Assembly: GCF_006345805.1 (NCBI RefSeq)
Contig: NC_043001.1
Location: forward strand, 48,608,001 to 48,672,000
Direction: 5' to 3'
Length of the DNA: 64,000 nt
Source: Octopus sinensis
Lineage: Eukaryota
Of the stretch, positions 23,990 through 35,800 are shown one piece after another. Under the pieces are notes generated by a model that worked only from the letters and a program-made list of their open reading frames with translations, searched no databases and had not been told where the DNA came from. Position 1 is the first letter of the stretch, and every line of letters starts with the position of its first letter. Made by a program: the position numbers and the translations under genes.

Positions 23990-25370
23990 TAGCATATATA
24001 TCTCTTGGAAATATCTATGGAACATTTGCAGCATCTGATAACTTTAATAACAATCTGGAATATGAAATGTTCACAATTGGAAATATTTATGCATTATTCA
24101 GGATATGCAATATCTGATGTGATATGCAATATCTGTCATTGGAAATAAATTTTGGAGTATTTGTGATATATATCTTCTTATATGTTATTATACCTGCCAT
24201 TGGAAATACTTGTGAAAATACTCATGGAAATATATATATATATATATATATAAATTACAGTTTGGAGTAATTTAAAAGCTATTACTCTGAGTTTCACCAA
24301 CAGTGAAAATTCATACTGGATTGGATCTAATTTATGCTACTATCACTGGACTTAATATTGCCAGACATCTCCACCTGATCTTAACAACTACATATGGAGG
24401 AAATGCATTTACTTTCTGATTTACATCAATTTAAATCTTTTTGTCTTACGACACTTGTTCAACCATCTCTATATGTGTGTATACACACACACATGCATGT
24501 ATAAGCTCTTATTGGGAATACTTGTGGAATACATTGGATGCCACCCTCTGGAAATATTAGTGGTAACTCATACTTTCTGTGATACACTTTTTCTCTGTTG
24601 GAAACACATTGTGGAATACCTGCTTGCCATTGATTTGACACCTGATACATCAATCTCATTGGAAATATCTGTGGAATACATACAATAATAGTCTGTCACT
24701 GGAAGCACTTTTGGAATATTTGTTTGATATTGATGGAATATGCAATACCTGCTGTAGGAAACATTATTGGATAGTTATGATAATACACACCTTTCATGAT
24801 ATAATGTATATTTAAATGCCTTTTGGAATACTTATTTGCAATTTGATACTTATTTTCAATTTGATATTTGATACCAAGCACTGGAGAAAGTTATTGAATA
24901 TTTCTGATAATCAACACTTTATTATTATTATATTATATATAACCTGTCATTTGAAATACTTATGGAATATGTATAACACAAACTTATATTATGATGTATA
25001 TTATTTCTTAATTGTAAATATTTGAGGAATTTATTTAATATGTTGCAATAATGTCATGTACTGCTCCTCACCAATGATATATATATTGTCCCTATCATGA
25101 GAAATGTTTTGGAATATATATGATAATACGTACTAATATTATGATATATCTATAATTCTTATTAATTGAAAATATTTGTGAAATGTATGCAATATCTCTC
25201 ATTGGGAAATGAATCAACTTTGTCAAGTGTGTGATATATATTACTTGGTGTCAAATACATATTGTGGACTACAAATGATACTATATACTTATGTTATGAA
25301 AATACTTAAATGAAAATATTTGTGAAGTCTATGCAATATCTTTCAATGTGACATGTGATCTCAGTATTAT
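23990..25370. repeat. highly decayed AT-rich satellite-like domain
   Basis: More than 12 recurrences of CTGTCATTGGAAATACTTGTGGAATA-like motifs. Confidence 0.6.
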
Positions 25371-25492
25371 GATACACACACACACACACACACATATGCA
25401 TACATGTAAGTATATAAATACATACACATACATATATGTAAACATATATATATATATACACACATACAAAATTCTTTTGGGGAACTGAATGT

Positions 25493-25670
25493 CAAAACAC
25501 ATATAAAGCTATAAATAATAGCATGTAAAAATTGGGTTGAAAAAAACTGTTTCGATATAAAAATTCAAAGGCTACCAGTGTCCCATGGGCAGCCTTCAAC
25601 TTTTTCTATCAGAAGGGGCTTTTGAACCCAATATTTACAAGCTATTATTTATAGATTCATGTATGATTTG
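25493..25670. mobile_element. palindromic (foldback) MITE
   Basis: CTATAAATAATAGCATGTAAAAATTGGGTTGAAA pairs with TTTGAACCCAATATTTACAAGCTATTATTTATAG; second copy at 31015-31195. Confidence 0.7.
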
Positions 25671-26015
25671 TCATCCAATTCCAAAGAAGAAAAAAAAAAT
25701 TGTTTCACATTCTGTCTAAAGTTTTAAAATTCTTATGATGTCATATGTGTGCACACGCATATGCCATGCCCCTCTTTGGAAAATACTCATTCAGTGCTTG
25801 TTTATCTCTGATGTGGAACATATTTCTTTATGATTATTTGTGGAACACTTGTTTATTGATAATGTGATAAACGATAACTATGATAGAAATTATAGCCATA
25901 TTATGCAGCATCTCTCAATGGAAATATTTTTAGAAGAGTTAGTTATCACTATTGTGATTTGTAATGACCTCTTAGTGAATACTTGTGTAACATGTAAAAC
26001 ATGTAATGACTTTCT

Positions 26016-26483
26016 TTAACCCTCTAGCATTTTAGCCAGCATATCCAGTCCAAAATTCTACCTATTTATGTTCAAGCTATCCGGATCCAACTTCTCACAC
26101 CTACCCTACAATGTTATTTTAATAATAGACAATCACATGATCAATCTTGAAGCTATGAAATTGTTATATCTCAATACTACACAGTGGCTGTGTGTTTTAC
26201 GAAATCCTCATCGCCACTGTTATATCGCAATACTACACAGTGGCTGTGTGAGCTACGATTTCCTCATCGCCACTGTTATGTCGCACGTTCGGATACCTTC
26301 TACTCAACTCGACTCCTACTACTCTCCGACTGCTACTCTGATGACGTCTAGACTTCTCCCTCTATATCTACATATTGGGCTAGTCTACTTCATCTGGGGG
26401 TGTCCACACAACAAATAAAGCAGGATTCATTCAAAATAAGCATTACACTGGAGAGAATAATCTGAAAGCTGAAGGGCTGTTAA
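26016..26483 (+). mobile_element. piggyBac-like MITE P1, interrupted at 26162-26413
   Basis: TTAACCCTCTAGCATT start; P1 3' part resumes after 26413. Confidence 0.7.
26162..26413. mobile_element. solo-LTR-like insertion with internal 56-bp tandem repeat
   Basis: TGTT...AACA termini, CpG-rich, 56-bp units starting 26162, 26218 and 26274 (partial); only a 3-bp AAT duplication seen. Confidence 0.45.
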
Positions 26484-26499
26484 TATAACTAGAGTCCAG

Positions 26500-26712
26500 A
26501 GTGGTGAGCTGACAATCATTAGCATGCCAGATAAAATGTTCAGTGTTATTTTGCCCATCTTCACATTTCTGAGTTCAAATTCCACCAAGGTTGACTTTGT
26601 CTTTCATCTTTTTGAAGCCAATAAAATCAATACCAGCTGAGCACTGGGGTTAATGTAATTAACTAGCCCCATCCTCTGAAATTACAGCCTTGTGCCTAAA
26701 TCTGAAACCAAT
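26500..26712 (+). mobile_element. SINE family C
   Basis: GGTGAGCTG...TTCTGAGTTCAAATTCC...GCCTTGTGCC. Confidence 0.8.
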
Positions 26713-26789
26713 ATGATTAGAACCTGTTATTGGAATACTTGTGAAATATTTGCCTGTTGTTAAGCATATATTGTTAACTGTGTGTGTGT

Positions 26790-27050
26790 GAACTAGTGAT
26801 AAAGGTGATGTGCTCATGATCGCGAAATTGTTGTTTCAGTTCCTGGACTGGGTGCTGCGTTGTGTTCTTGAGCCAAACATTTCATTTCACACCGTTCTGT
26901 AATCACTTTGACACCTGATGTGTAGTGCACCTTACAGCTGTTCAGGTAACATCAATTTGGTGGAGGGAGTGAAATAATGTACAGCAGAAACATTTCATCA
27001 TTAAAAACAAATTATTAATTTAGGTTGTTCAGCAAGAAATTGCAGAACCA
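26790..27050 (+). mobile_element. SINE with A-type head and core and a different tail
   Basis: TTGTGTTCTTGAGC...AATCACTTTGACACCTGATG...CAACATCAATTTG; second copy at 29215-29405. Confidence 0.65.
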
Positions 27051-27062
27051 TTTTCCTTTTGG

Positions 27063-27105
<43 letters not shown>

Positions 27106-27699
27106 TCATCATCATCAACGTTGATAATAGTACTTGGAAATTTGTAGAATAGATGTGAAATAACATATGCTGTTATATATCAAACCACTTAGTAACAATA
27201 CCTGTAGAATATTTGCTTATTGCTAATATAGTGTGACATACCTGTCAGTGGAAATTTGTCACCAGTAGCATTTTTTTCTTCATATCCAGTTTTTCCATGC
27301 TAGCACTGAGTCAGATTGTTTTCCTGAGACAATGTTGTATATCTGGAAGCTCTTTTCATCACCTCTTACAACACATTGGAAAGTGGTGTATTCATTTTAA
27401 AATTAGGATATACATACACAACAAATACCAGTCATTGGAAATATGTATAAAATAGCTGTTTATTGGTTATATGATGTGTTTGTATCTGCCGCAGGATACA
27501 TCTTTGAAAATAATATTTATTGTAAATGTGATATAAGGCAAGTATTTTTAGGAACATTTATTGAATACATTAGCAATAAGCATGTTAGATAGCATGGCTA
27601 TTGTTTGGCATATGCATAGAATATTATGAAGATATATACTATTACAGTAATATGTTACACCTCAGCCTTGTGTCTATTTTAGGAACAATTATTATTATT

Positions 27700-28021
27700 A
27701 TCCGATTGATTTGCATTTTCTTTCATCTCCTGACTGGGTCTCAAACAGAAATCTAAGGCATGTATGTATTAGATGGAGAGAAACTTCCTGAGAACGTGGG
27801 TAGTTGATGGTTTTGATTTTTAATTGCCAAGACTAGATATCTCAATCTCTAAGTCCTTGTATTTCAAGTTTTTCTAATTCCTTTGCAGAGATGCTTCTTT
27901 CAGAAGGCAATGTCAGATCAATTAATGTGCATGTTTTTTGTCTTAGGTCTTTGATGATGATGTCTGGTCTGTTAGCATTTATTTGCCTGTCTATGTATCC
28001 CATACTCCCATAGAATGGTAA

Positions 28022-28059
<38 letters not shown>

Positions 28060-28125
28060 GACTGGCTCTGCATGGCGTTCATACCAGTTCTTAAGGTGTG
28101 GGATATCATAGTGACGGCATATGTG
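27700..28125 (-). mobile_element. R4/Dong-type non-LTR retrotransposon 3' fragment (restriction-like endonuclease)
   Basis: Frameshifted translation ICRHYDIPHLKNWYE...ENVTILWEYGIH/DRQINANRPDIIIKD...CTLIDLTLP...KELEK...KYKDLEIEI...HVLRKFLSI*; PD..D endonuclease signature. Confidence 0.8.
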
Positions 28126-28314
28126 CCTGCGCTACAACAACAACTACTACTACTACTACTACAGTAATTCCTCAATATATGACTTAATTTGTCCCTAGAG
28201 AATGCTCATAAAGCAAAAACTCAAACAAAAAATAAAACTAGTAAAACCTTGTAAATCTGGGCTCTTGTAAAGTGAGGTATTACCATATTAGTATTATTAT
28301 TATTGCTGCTGCTG

Positions 28315-28514
28315 CACCAAGATGGTAGAATTGTTAGTACATTGGACAAAATGCTTAGTGACATTTTATTCATCTTTATATTCTGAGTTCAAATTCTGCT
28401 CTAGAAAGGATTATTTTATTTTTGAAGTCGATAAAGGAAGTGTCAATCAAACACTGTGATTGATGTAAGACCCCTTCCCCCAAAATGTCAGACCTTGTGC
28501 CTATAGTAGAAAGG

Positions 28515-28585
<71 letters not shown>

Positions 28586-29195
28586 GGCAGCAAGCTGACA
28601 GAACTGTTAGCATGCTGGGTGAAATGCTTTGCCTTTTGAGGTCAATAAATTAAGTACCAGTGAAACACTGGGGTCGATGTGATTGACTAGCCCCCTCCTC
28701 CAAAATTTCATGACTTGTACCTTTAGTAGAAAGGATTATTATTATCATTATTATTATTATTAAAGCGGTGAGCTAGCAGAATCTTTAGCATGCCGGGCAA
28801 AACGTTTAGCAGCTTTTCATTGGTCCTTACATTCTGAGTTCAAATTCTACTGAGGTCAACTTGGCTTTTCATCCTGTTGGTGTCAATGAAATAAGTACCA
28901 GTTACACACTGGGGTCAATGTAATTGGCTTAGCCTCTCTCCTGAAATTGCTGGCCTTGAGTTAAAATTTGAAACCAATGAAGATGACAAGCTGGCAGAAT
29001 TGTTAGCACACTGGGCAGAATGCTTAGCAGCATTTCATCCATCTTCGTGATCTGAGTTCAAATCCCACCAAGGTTGACTTAGCCATCCATATTTTCAGGG
29101 TCAATAGAATAAGTACCAGTTGAGCACCAGTGTCGATATAATTGGCTTACCCCCTTCCCCAAACTTGGTGGCCTTGTACCAAAATTTAAAATCAT
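28315..29195 (+). mobile_element. four head-to-tail SINE-C copies, the first three separated by (ATT)n tails
   Basis: Units at about 28315, 28583, 28762 and 28983; (ATT)n at 28517-28582 and 28736-28761. Confidence 0.85.
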
Positions 29196-29214
29196 TATTA
29201 ATTCCAATTCCTGA

Positions 29215-29405
29215 ACTGGCTGGTGTGTGTTCTTGAGCAAAATACTTCATCTCACACTGCACTGCAATCACTTTGACTCCTGGTGTGTTGTACACCTTTC
29301 AGATGTTCAGGCAACATCAATTTGATGGAAGTAATGAGATAATGTACAGCACATACATTTGGTCACTAAATCTATTAGAACATCTTAATTTAGTTAGCAG
29401 GGATA
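29215..29405 (+). mobile_element. SINE variant (same as 26790-27050)
   Basis: Collinear with 26850-27050. Confidence 0.65.
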
Positions 29406-29409
29406 TTAT

Positions 29410-29660
29410 CTTTAGGTTTGGTGACAAGTCTTCACAAATTCCCAAAAACTTTCTTAGGATTCTTGCAGAGTACAGGACGGCACTTTCCTGCATGTCTCAC
29501 TTCCAGTATTCTTCAACCTTATAGGTATCTGTTTGGGATGTTCAAATGCACTGATTACCTCTGGAAAAAGATACGTTACTTTTGTCTTCTACAAGTTCTT
29601 CATCTTTCTGCCTAGATCCTGATATTTCTCATTCCTCTGATATCCACTCTCCTATCATAT
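29410..29660 (-). mobile_element. R4/Dong-type LINE 3' fragment
   Basis: EKYQDLGRKMKNL*...ISAF...MQESAVLYSARILRKFL. Confidence 0.65.
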
Positions 29661-29682
29661 AGTATTGCAGAGTCTATGATCT

Positions 29683-29684
<2 letters not shown>

Positions 29685-29750
<66 letters not shown>
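29685..29750. repeat. (CT)n(TA)n microsatellite
   Basis: Directly visible. Confidence 0.95.
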
Positions 29751-29751
<1 letters not shown>

Positions 29752-29752
<1 letters not shown>

Positions 29753-30000
29753 CAAATAAGAAAATGGAGGAGCACAATAGATGGTTCATCAACTTTAGGA
29801 CATTAAAAATATTAACTTATTTATTCACTGAACTGATAATTATAATAACATACATATATATAACATATTATTCTATGCATATAAAATAAGGATACAAGTA
29901 ATTGTTAAAAAACCTGAATATAAATTATTAAAATAACTTACAGCTGTTTCAGCCCTTAGATAAAAGCATCTCATTCTGCCTATATTAGTCAAGTGTATTG
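29752..30000 (-). mobile_element. possible Penelope-like terminal fragment
   Basis: Minus strand GAAACAGCTGTA motif next to (TA)n; motif-level evidence only. Confidence 0.3.
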
Positions 30001-30029
30001 AGGCAATAGGTAGTTGAAAATGAGGTACA

Positions 30030-30192
30030 AAATTATCACACAATTGTTACTCAGAGTTTCGCATTCCTATTTGTGGAACTGTTGTGATGAAATCTTTCAT
30101 CACAGCTGAGTGAACTGGATGAAAGTTGTTTTTATCACAACTGTCCGATGAATAGGAACCTGAAACTCTGAGTAATATTTCTGTAATAATTT
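30030..30192. mobile_element. palindromic MITE-like element
   Basis: TTACTCAGAGTTTC/GAAACTCTGAGTAA, TTCCTATT/AATAGGAA, GTTGTGAT/ATCACAAC and CTTTCATC/GATGAAAG arms. Confidence 0.7.
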
Positions 30193-30264
30193 TGCAGCTT
30201 AAATAAAAAGTGTATTACTCTATCTTCAGTATTCAAGTACTACTTTTTCCACTTTGTTTTGTAC

Positions 30265-30296
<32 letters not shown>

Positions 30297-30517
30297 GGTA
30301 CATGGCTCAGTGGTTAGAACATCAGGCTTACAATCAGGCTGTGTGTTGTGTTCTTGAGCAAGACACTTTATTTCATGTTGCTCCAGTTCACTCAGCTGTG
30401 GGATTGAGTTGTGATATCATTGATGCCAAGCTATATTGGCCTTTGCCTTGCCCAAACTTAAACCTTGGAAGGAAACTATCTAGATGCAATCCCATGCTCA
30501 TTTGTGAATGAAGGGGA
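30297..30517 (+). mobile_element. SINE family A, internally deleted
   Basis: CATGGCTCAGTGGTTAG head, TGTGTTCTTGAGCAAGACAC core, GTGCAATCCCATG tail. Confidence 0.8.
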
Positions 30518-30584
30518 TCATAAATATAAACTTAAATACACACACACTATGTGTGTGTTTATGTTTTGCTTATTCATTGTTTCT

Positions 30585-30760
30585 TATATTCTTTTAATTG
30601 TTTCAGTCATTTGACTGCAGCCATGCTGGAGCACTGCTGTGAAGGGTTTTTAGTCAAACCAACCAACCCCAGGAGTTATTTTTTAAGCCTAGCACTTATT
30701 CTAGCAGTCTCTTTTGCCAAACCACTAAGTTCAAGCAGTGATGGGAGGACAAATACAAAC

Positions 30761-30836
<76 letters not shown>

Positions 30837-30990
30837 GGGTTTCTTTCAGTTTCCAGCTACCAAAACCACTCACAAAGCTTTGGTCTGCCTAAGGCTATAG
30901 TAGAAGACAGTTGCCCAAGGTGCCATGCAGTGGGACTGAACCTGGAACAAGAGGTGAAGCAAGCTTCTTCCCACACAGCTATGCTTGCAC
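30585..30990 (-). mobile_element. SINE family B with expanded internal (TA)n
   Basis: Reverse complement of the SINE-B layout; (TA)n at 30762-30831. Confidence 0.85.
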
Positions 30991-31014
30991 ATATGTATGT
31001 ATATATTTGGAACT

Positions 31015-31195
31015 AGATTTCAAAGCATATATAAAGCTATAAATAATAGCATGTAAAAACTTGGTTGTAAAAGACCTTTTGGATGGAAAAAGTCAAAAGC
31101 CACCTGTGGCGCACAAGCCCACATCACCTGTAGATATATAGGTAGCTTTTGACTTCTTTCCAAAAGGGTTTCTCAACCCAGTATTTACAATATAA
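31015..31195. mobile_element. palindromic MITE (copy of 25493-25670)
   Basis: Shares ATATAAAGCTATAAATAATAGCATGTAAAAA. Confidence 0.65.
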
Positions 31196-31244
31196 ACATA
31201 TATATATTTATATTTTATGATATCCTGTTTCCTTGCTTCACTAG

Positions 31245-32146
31245 TATCTTTTATACTTTACTTGTTCCAGTCATTTGACTGTGGCCATACTGGGGCACTA
31301 TCTCGAAGGGTTTCAGTCAACAAATCAACCGCAGGACTTTCTTCCTCTTTTTTAAAGCCTATTACTTATTCTGTCTCTTTTGCTGAACCGCTAAATTACA
31401 AGGATGTAAACACACCAACGCAGGTGTCAGGCGGTAGTGGGAGACAAACACAGACACAAAAACACACACAAACACACATATAGGAGAATTTGTTTTCGGG
31501 TTTGAAAATGCATCTCAATCTGAAAAACGTGTAGTCATTTTTAAATAGACTTATTCACATACCAAACTAGTTTCGACAATTTTTTGCTTATCACGGGTAC
31601 ATATATATATATATATAAAGGGCTGGGGAAGCATAGGAAAGTTTAAAATTACAAGGTGATAATTGGACAAACATGTTTAGACCATCAAGTGTTCAAATAA
31701 ATGTTCACTGAAATTTCAATGAGTTTGACAGGGAACGATAGTAATATCAATGTAAATGTTCGATGAAGATCATAACAAATGCACATTTTTGAAAGTCCAG
31801 TCATATTAAATTTTTTTATTAAAAAAATGGAGAAAGTAGAAAAAAAAGAGAGAAAGAAAAAAGTTTTTTTTAACAATTTCTATCATGGTGCATGTAGTTC
31901 TTTTTTCTATTTCAATCTCAGTGCACTGGTTTCTTAACTTTTCATGGCTTGTTGGAATCAGAGTATATATATGTATATATATGTGATGGGTTCCTTTCAG
32001 TTTCTGTCTACCAAATCCACTCACAAGGCTTTTGTTAGCTCAAAGCTATAGTAGAAGACACTTGCCAAAGGTGCCACGCATGCTGTGGGACTGAACCTGG
32101 AACCATGTAATTGAGAAGCAAGCTTCATACCATACAGCTATGCCTG
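31245..32146 (-). mobile_element. SINE-B split by about 490 bp of inserted sequence (31482-31970) in its internal microsatellite
   Basis: Tail half 31245-31481, head half 31970-32146. Confidence 0.75.
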
Positions 32147-32360
32147 TTGAGAAACTCCCAAAATCCTATAATTATCATTTATCAATAACAGCCTGAGACT
32201 CACATTCAAACCTCTTTACTCTCACTTAGAATCCACAAACTCAGCTGACATCCCAAATTACTCTTTTATTATATTATATTATTTAATAATATAACAACAA
32301 TATAGCAATGTGTAAGCAACATTGCATCAGTCTGTATACTTAAGCATTGCGAGAAAAAAA

Positions 32361-32398
<38 letters not shown>

Positions 32399-33191
32399 AT
32401 CACTGTTATTTTTATCAACTAAATTAGAATGTAATTACAAGCCATGTAAATTTTATCAAGAAAAGATATATCTTATTAATTATTTCTTTCTTACTTTCAA
32501 TAATATAATTTTTTTTTAAATGTGCTATTTGAACCAATATGTCTGTATTGACTAATGTTTCGTGTTTCATTTGGGTTTATTCAATACATAAATAAGAGAC
32601 CATACAAAACAATAATAAAGAAATGAAAAACAGAAAACTAAACAAAGTAAATTAATTAAAGAGGTTCTTATCATAGATAATTTCTTTTTTCCATGTAATT
32701 AAATTTCATGATTATTTTGAAAAGTGTTAATTACAATTCAGTCTTGTATTTATTTTTAAAACATGTAACTAGATTTACATGGAAAAATCCCGAATAACAT
32801 ATTTTAAATTTCATTGGCCAATTAGATGTTATTTTGTTTGTAGTTGTTGAGGGTGATGTTGGTGGTGGTGGTGTTGGTGGTAGTGATGCTGATGTTTAGT
32901 CACAGGAGAGCTCTCAACAAGCTGACATGACCAAAAGCATTCTAGCCATGACCATCCCTACTCTTCTGGGTTATGTAGAACTGACTACATTATACAATAT
33001 CCTTGTTCAAAAAAGATGTGAATGGTTTGAGGGAAATTTGACTGTTATTTCTAGCAGGTGGAGTTCCTTTGTCAAAGGTCCCTAGTGGCTTGTTGATGTT
33101 GTTTCCATTGATATGTCTTTGCTATTGTCACTTATTTCTTGTGTTTGTTGACAGAAACAGTGGAGTATTAAGCCATATGCCTTATAATATC

Positions 33192-33716
33192 TACCGTAAA
33201 TCCTTGAGTATAATCCTGCATTCCCCCCCCCCCCAAAAAAAAAATTTAACAGTCAAAATCCTTAGTGCATACTGTATACGACGTTAAAAATGAAAAATAT
33301 TTTCTAAGCAATGTCCAACTCTCTATTTGCTGTCCAGCAATGTTTATTCAGATGCATTTTGTGATGTCAGGTGCGAAAATACCTGAAAGCAATGAAGTCA
33401 TAAAAGAATCACCCATAATTGCTGTAAGCAACATTTATTAAAATAAAAGTATTCAGAACACAGAATAAACATGTAACAAAAACAATTTGCGAACATATTT
33501 ACATTCCCATATAACAGTTAAGAACATCACCATTATTGTATTACGCATGCACAGAAGTGTTTGTTCGACTAGGTGCTGTTGGCTTAATTACGCACGATTC
33601 AAGTTAGAGAAGGGATACGTATTATACACAAGGTTTAGATTTTTCAGAGGTACAGCCCCCTAAAAGTCCCCTGCGTATTATACTCAAGGGTGGTCTATAC
33701 TCGAGGATTTACGGTA
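33192..33716 (+). mobile_element. Tc1/mariner-superfamily (pogo/Tc2-like) MITE
   Basis: TA-CCGTAAATCCTTGAGTATA ... TATACTCGAGGATTTACGG-TA; inverted sister copy at 56144-56659. Confidence 0.85.
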
Positions 33717-33809
33717 GTTTTGCCTTATATTCTGAGTTCAAACTGCACTAGTCAGTTCTTGAGATCAATGAATTAATTCTCCCATGTGCTATAAGCATCA
33801 AATAACGCT

Positions 33810-33985
33810 GTCATCCATGTCACTGACATGTAAAAGGCACCCAGTACCACTCTGTGAAGTGGTTGGCATTAGGAAAGGCATCCAATCTTAGAAATGAAGC
33901 TAAAATACACTGGAGCCTGGCTTACTAGTTCCAGTCAAACTATCTAACCCATGCCAGGATGCAAAATGGATGTTAAATGTCAATG
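33810..33985 (+). mobile_element. family D short retroelement
   Basis: GTGGTTGGCATTAGGAAAGGCATCC...GGATGTTAAATG. Confidence 0.7.
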
Positions 33986-34222
33986 ACTGACATCTTTGCA
34001 AGATTTGTGGGCGTAATAATCTGCAAGATGTCACTCTGCAGTTAACAGAACTCATTTTCAGAAATGAAGTGCTGTGCCCAAAGACACAATGCCCTACTTG
34101 ATTCGGGAATTGAGCTCACAACTTTACAATCACCTTCACGTATAAAATAGATTATTAGACATTGACTGTGATCCACTGAATAAAGGAAAATGCCCTTCCC
34201 TTATGAAATGTGGCCTTGTATC

Positions 34223-34499
34223 CAGGGTTGTGGAGTTGGAGTCAGAAACAAGGGGTAGCTGGAGTCAGTCAGAAACAAGGGGTGGCTGGAGTTGGAAAAA
34301 CCATACCGATTCTGACTCACAATATCTTTATTCTTTAATATAAACCAGTTATAACGTATAGTCCTACTCAGAGTACAAGCGTATGTATATGCTTTATGAG
34401 GTATGTAAACAACAATCACTTGATTATATAAAGAGGAGTCGGAGTGGCCAATAGTAGAGGAGATGGAGTCAAAGATTTTGTTTCGACTTCACAGACCTG
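34223..34499. mobile_element. hAT-type MITE with GGAGTC subterminal repeats
   Basis: Perfect 8-bp TSD CTTGTATC (34215-34222, 34500-34507); TIR CAGGGTTGTGGAGT/ACTTCACAGACCTG. Confidence 0.85.
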
Positions 34500-35084
34500 C
34501 TTGTATCTGTGTTAGAAATCTTAAGAGGCACCTCAGATAATTAGACTACCATCCTCAGTATTCATAGTTTTGTTACTATTATTGTTATTTAGGTCCTCAT
34601 TAACATTGATTGATCATTACTGATCTAAGATATTCCAGTCTTGACCATTCTGTCCTTTTAGAAGTTTCTATTATTATATTATCTTATAATTCCTTCTCCT
34701 ACCTCTTTGTCTCTGTCTGTCTCTTTCTTTCTTTCTTCAAGAAATCAGATATGTTTAAATTTTGGGATGGATGGGCTCCACAAGTTTTTAAAATGCCCAG
34801 CATATTTTATATATTATGACAGCAAGAGTTGAAAGCCCAAGGAAAGAAGGAAACACATGCATACCTGCGCAGGTGCATTCTTTGTGTTGGGATATTTGGT
34901 ATATTTTGGATGGCTTCTTCTTTTCTGCATAATTTCTTTCACAGACAATTTTCTTATAGCTCTAATTAATTTTTTAATTAGTTATATAGAATTTCGTAAA
35001 TTTTAGTATATATATACTTCCTTTAGTTTATGTCTAAATGAAAGTGTTCCTTGTGAAATACAAGGGTATGTCTATATATATAAT

Positions 35085-35800
35085 CAACATCATCGCTTAA
35101 TGTCTGCCTTCTATGTAGGCATGGGTTGCCCAGTTTGACAGGGGCTGGCCAGGTAGAAGACTATTCTAGGTTACTGTGTCTGTTCTGGCAGGGTTTTTAT
35201 GGCTGGATGCTCTTCCTAACACCAACCACTCTGCAGAGTGGAATAAGTGCTTTTTACATGGTGGCAGCACTGGCAAGGTCAGATTTGGCATGGTTTTTAC
35301 ATCTGAATGCCCTGCCAACTGTCAACCACATAACAGTGTGAACTGGATGTTTTTTATGTGGCACAAGTACCAGCAGGGTCACCAAGTAATTTGCAAGACA
35401 AAGAATTTTAAGAGGGGAGGGGGCATTGGAGGAGGGGATCTTGTGTCAGATGAGGGAAAATTAATGTGACAGAGAGGCAGAAACAAGTGTCTTGCTATAG
35501 AGGAAGGGGGCATTACAGGAGGTGATCTTGTGTTAGCTGATGAAAGGTTAGAGTGAGACAAAGAAAGAGAGAGGCAGAAACAGGCCTCTTGCTATAGAGG
35601 AGATACATGGTTACCCGGCAAAAGAGAGAGAGGGTTGGACGGTTCGACAAGAACAAATGAGTCAAAGGGCTCCACTGGTTTCTGTTGCTGGATACCCTTT
35701 CCAATACAAACCACCTAACAGAGTATATTGGGTGCTTTTTATGTGGCTCCAGCACCAGTGAGGTCACCAAACACCTGCAAGAAAAGACCACTCAACTGAG
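35085..35800 (-). mobile_element. family D elements with internal roughly 100-bp duplication
   Basis: Reverse-complement D motifs at 35085-35400 and 35620-35790; duplicated GATCTTGTGT...GAGAGGCAGAAACA...CTTGCTATAGAGGA. Confidence 0.65.

Noticed and set aside
33988-34033. Small hairpin TGACATCTTTGCAAGATT/AATCTGCAAGATGTCA
   Set aside because: Short stem with bulges; plausible by chance or as a repeat remnant
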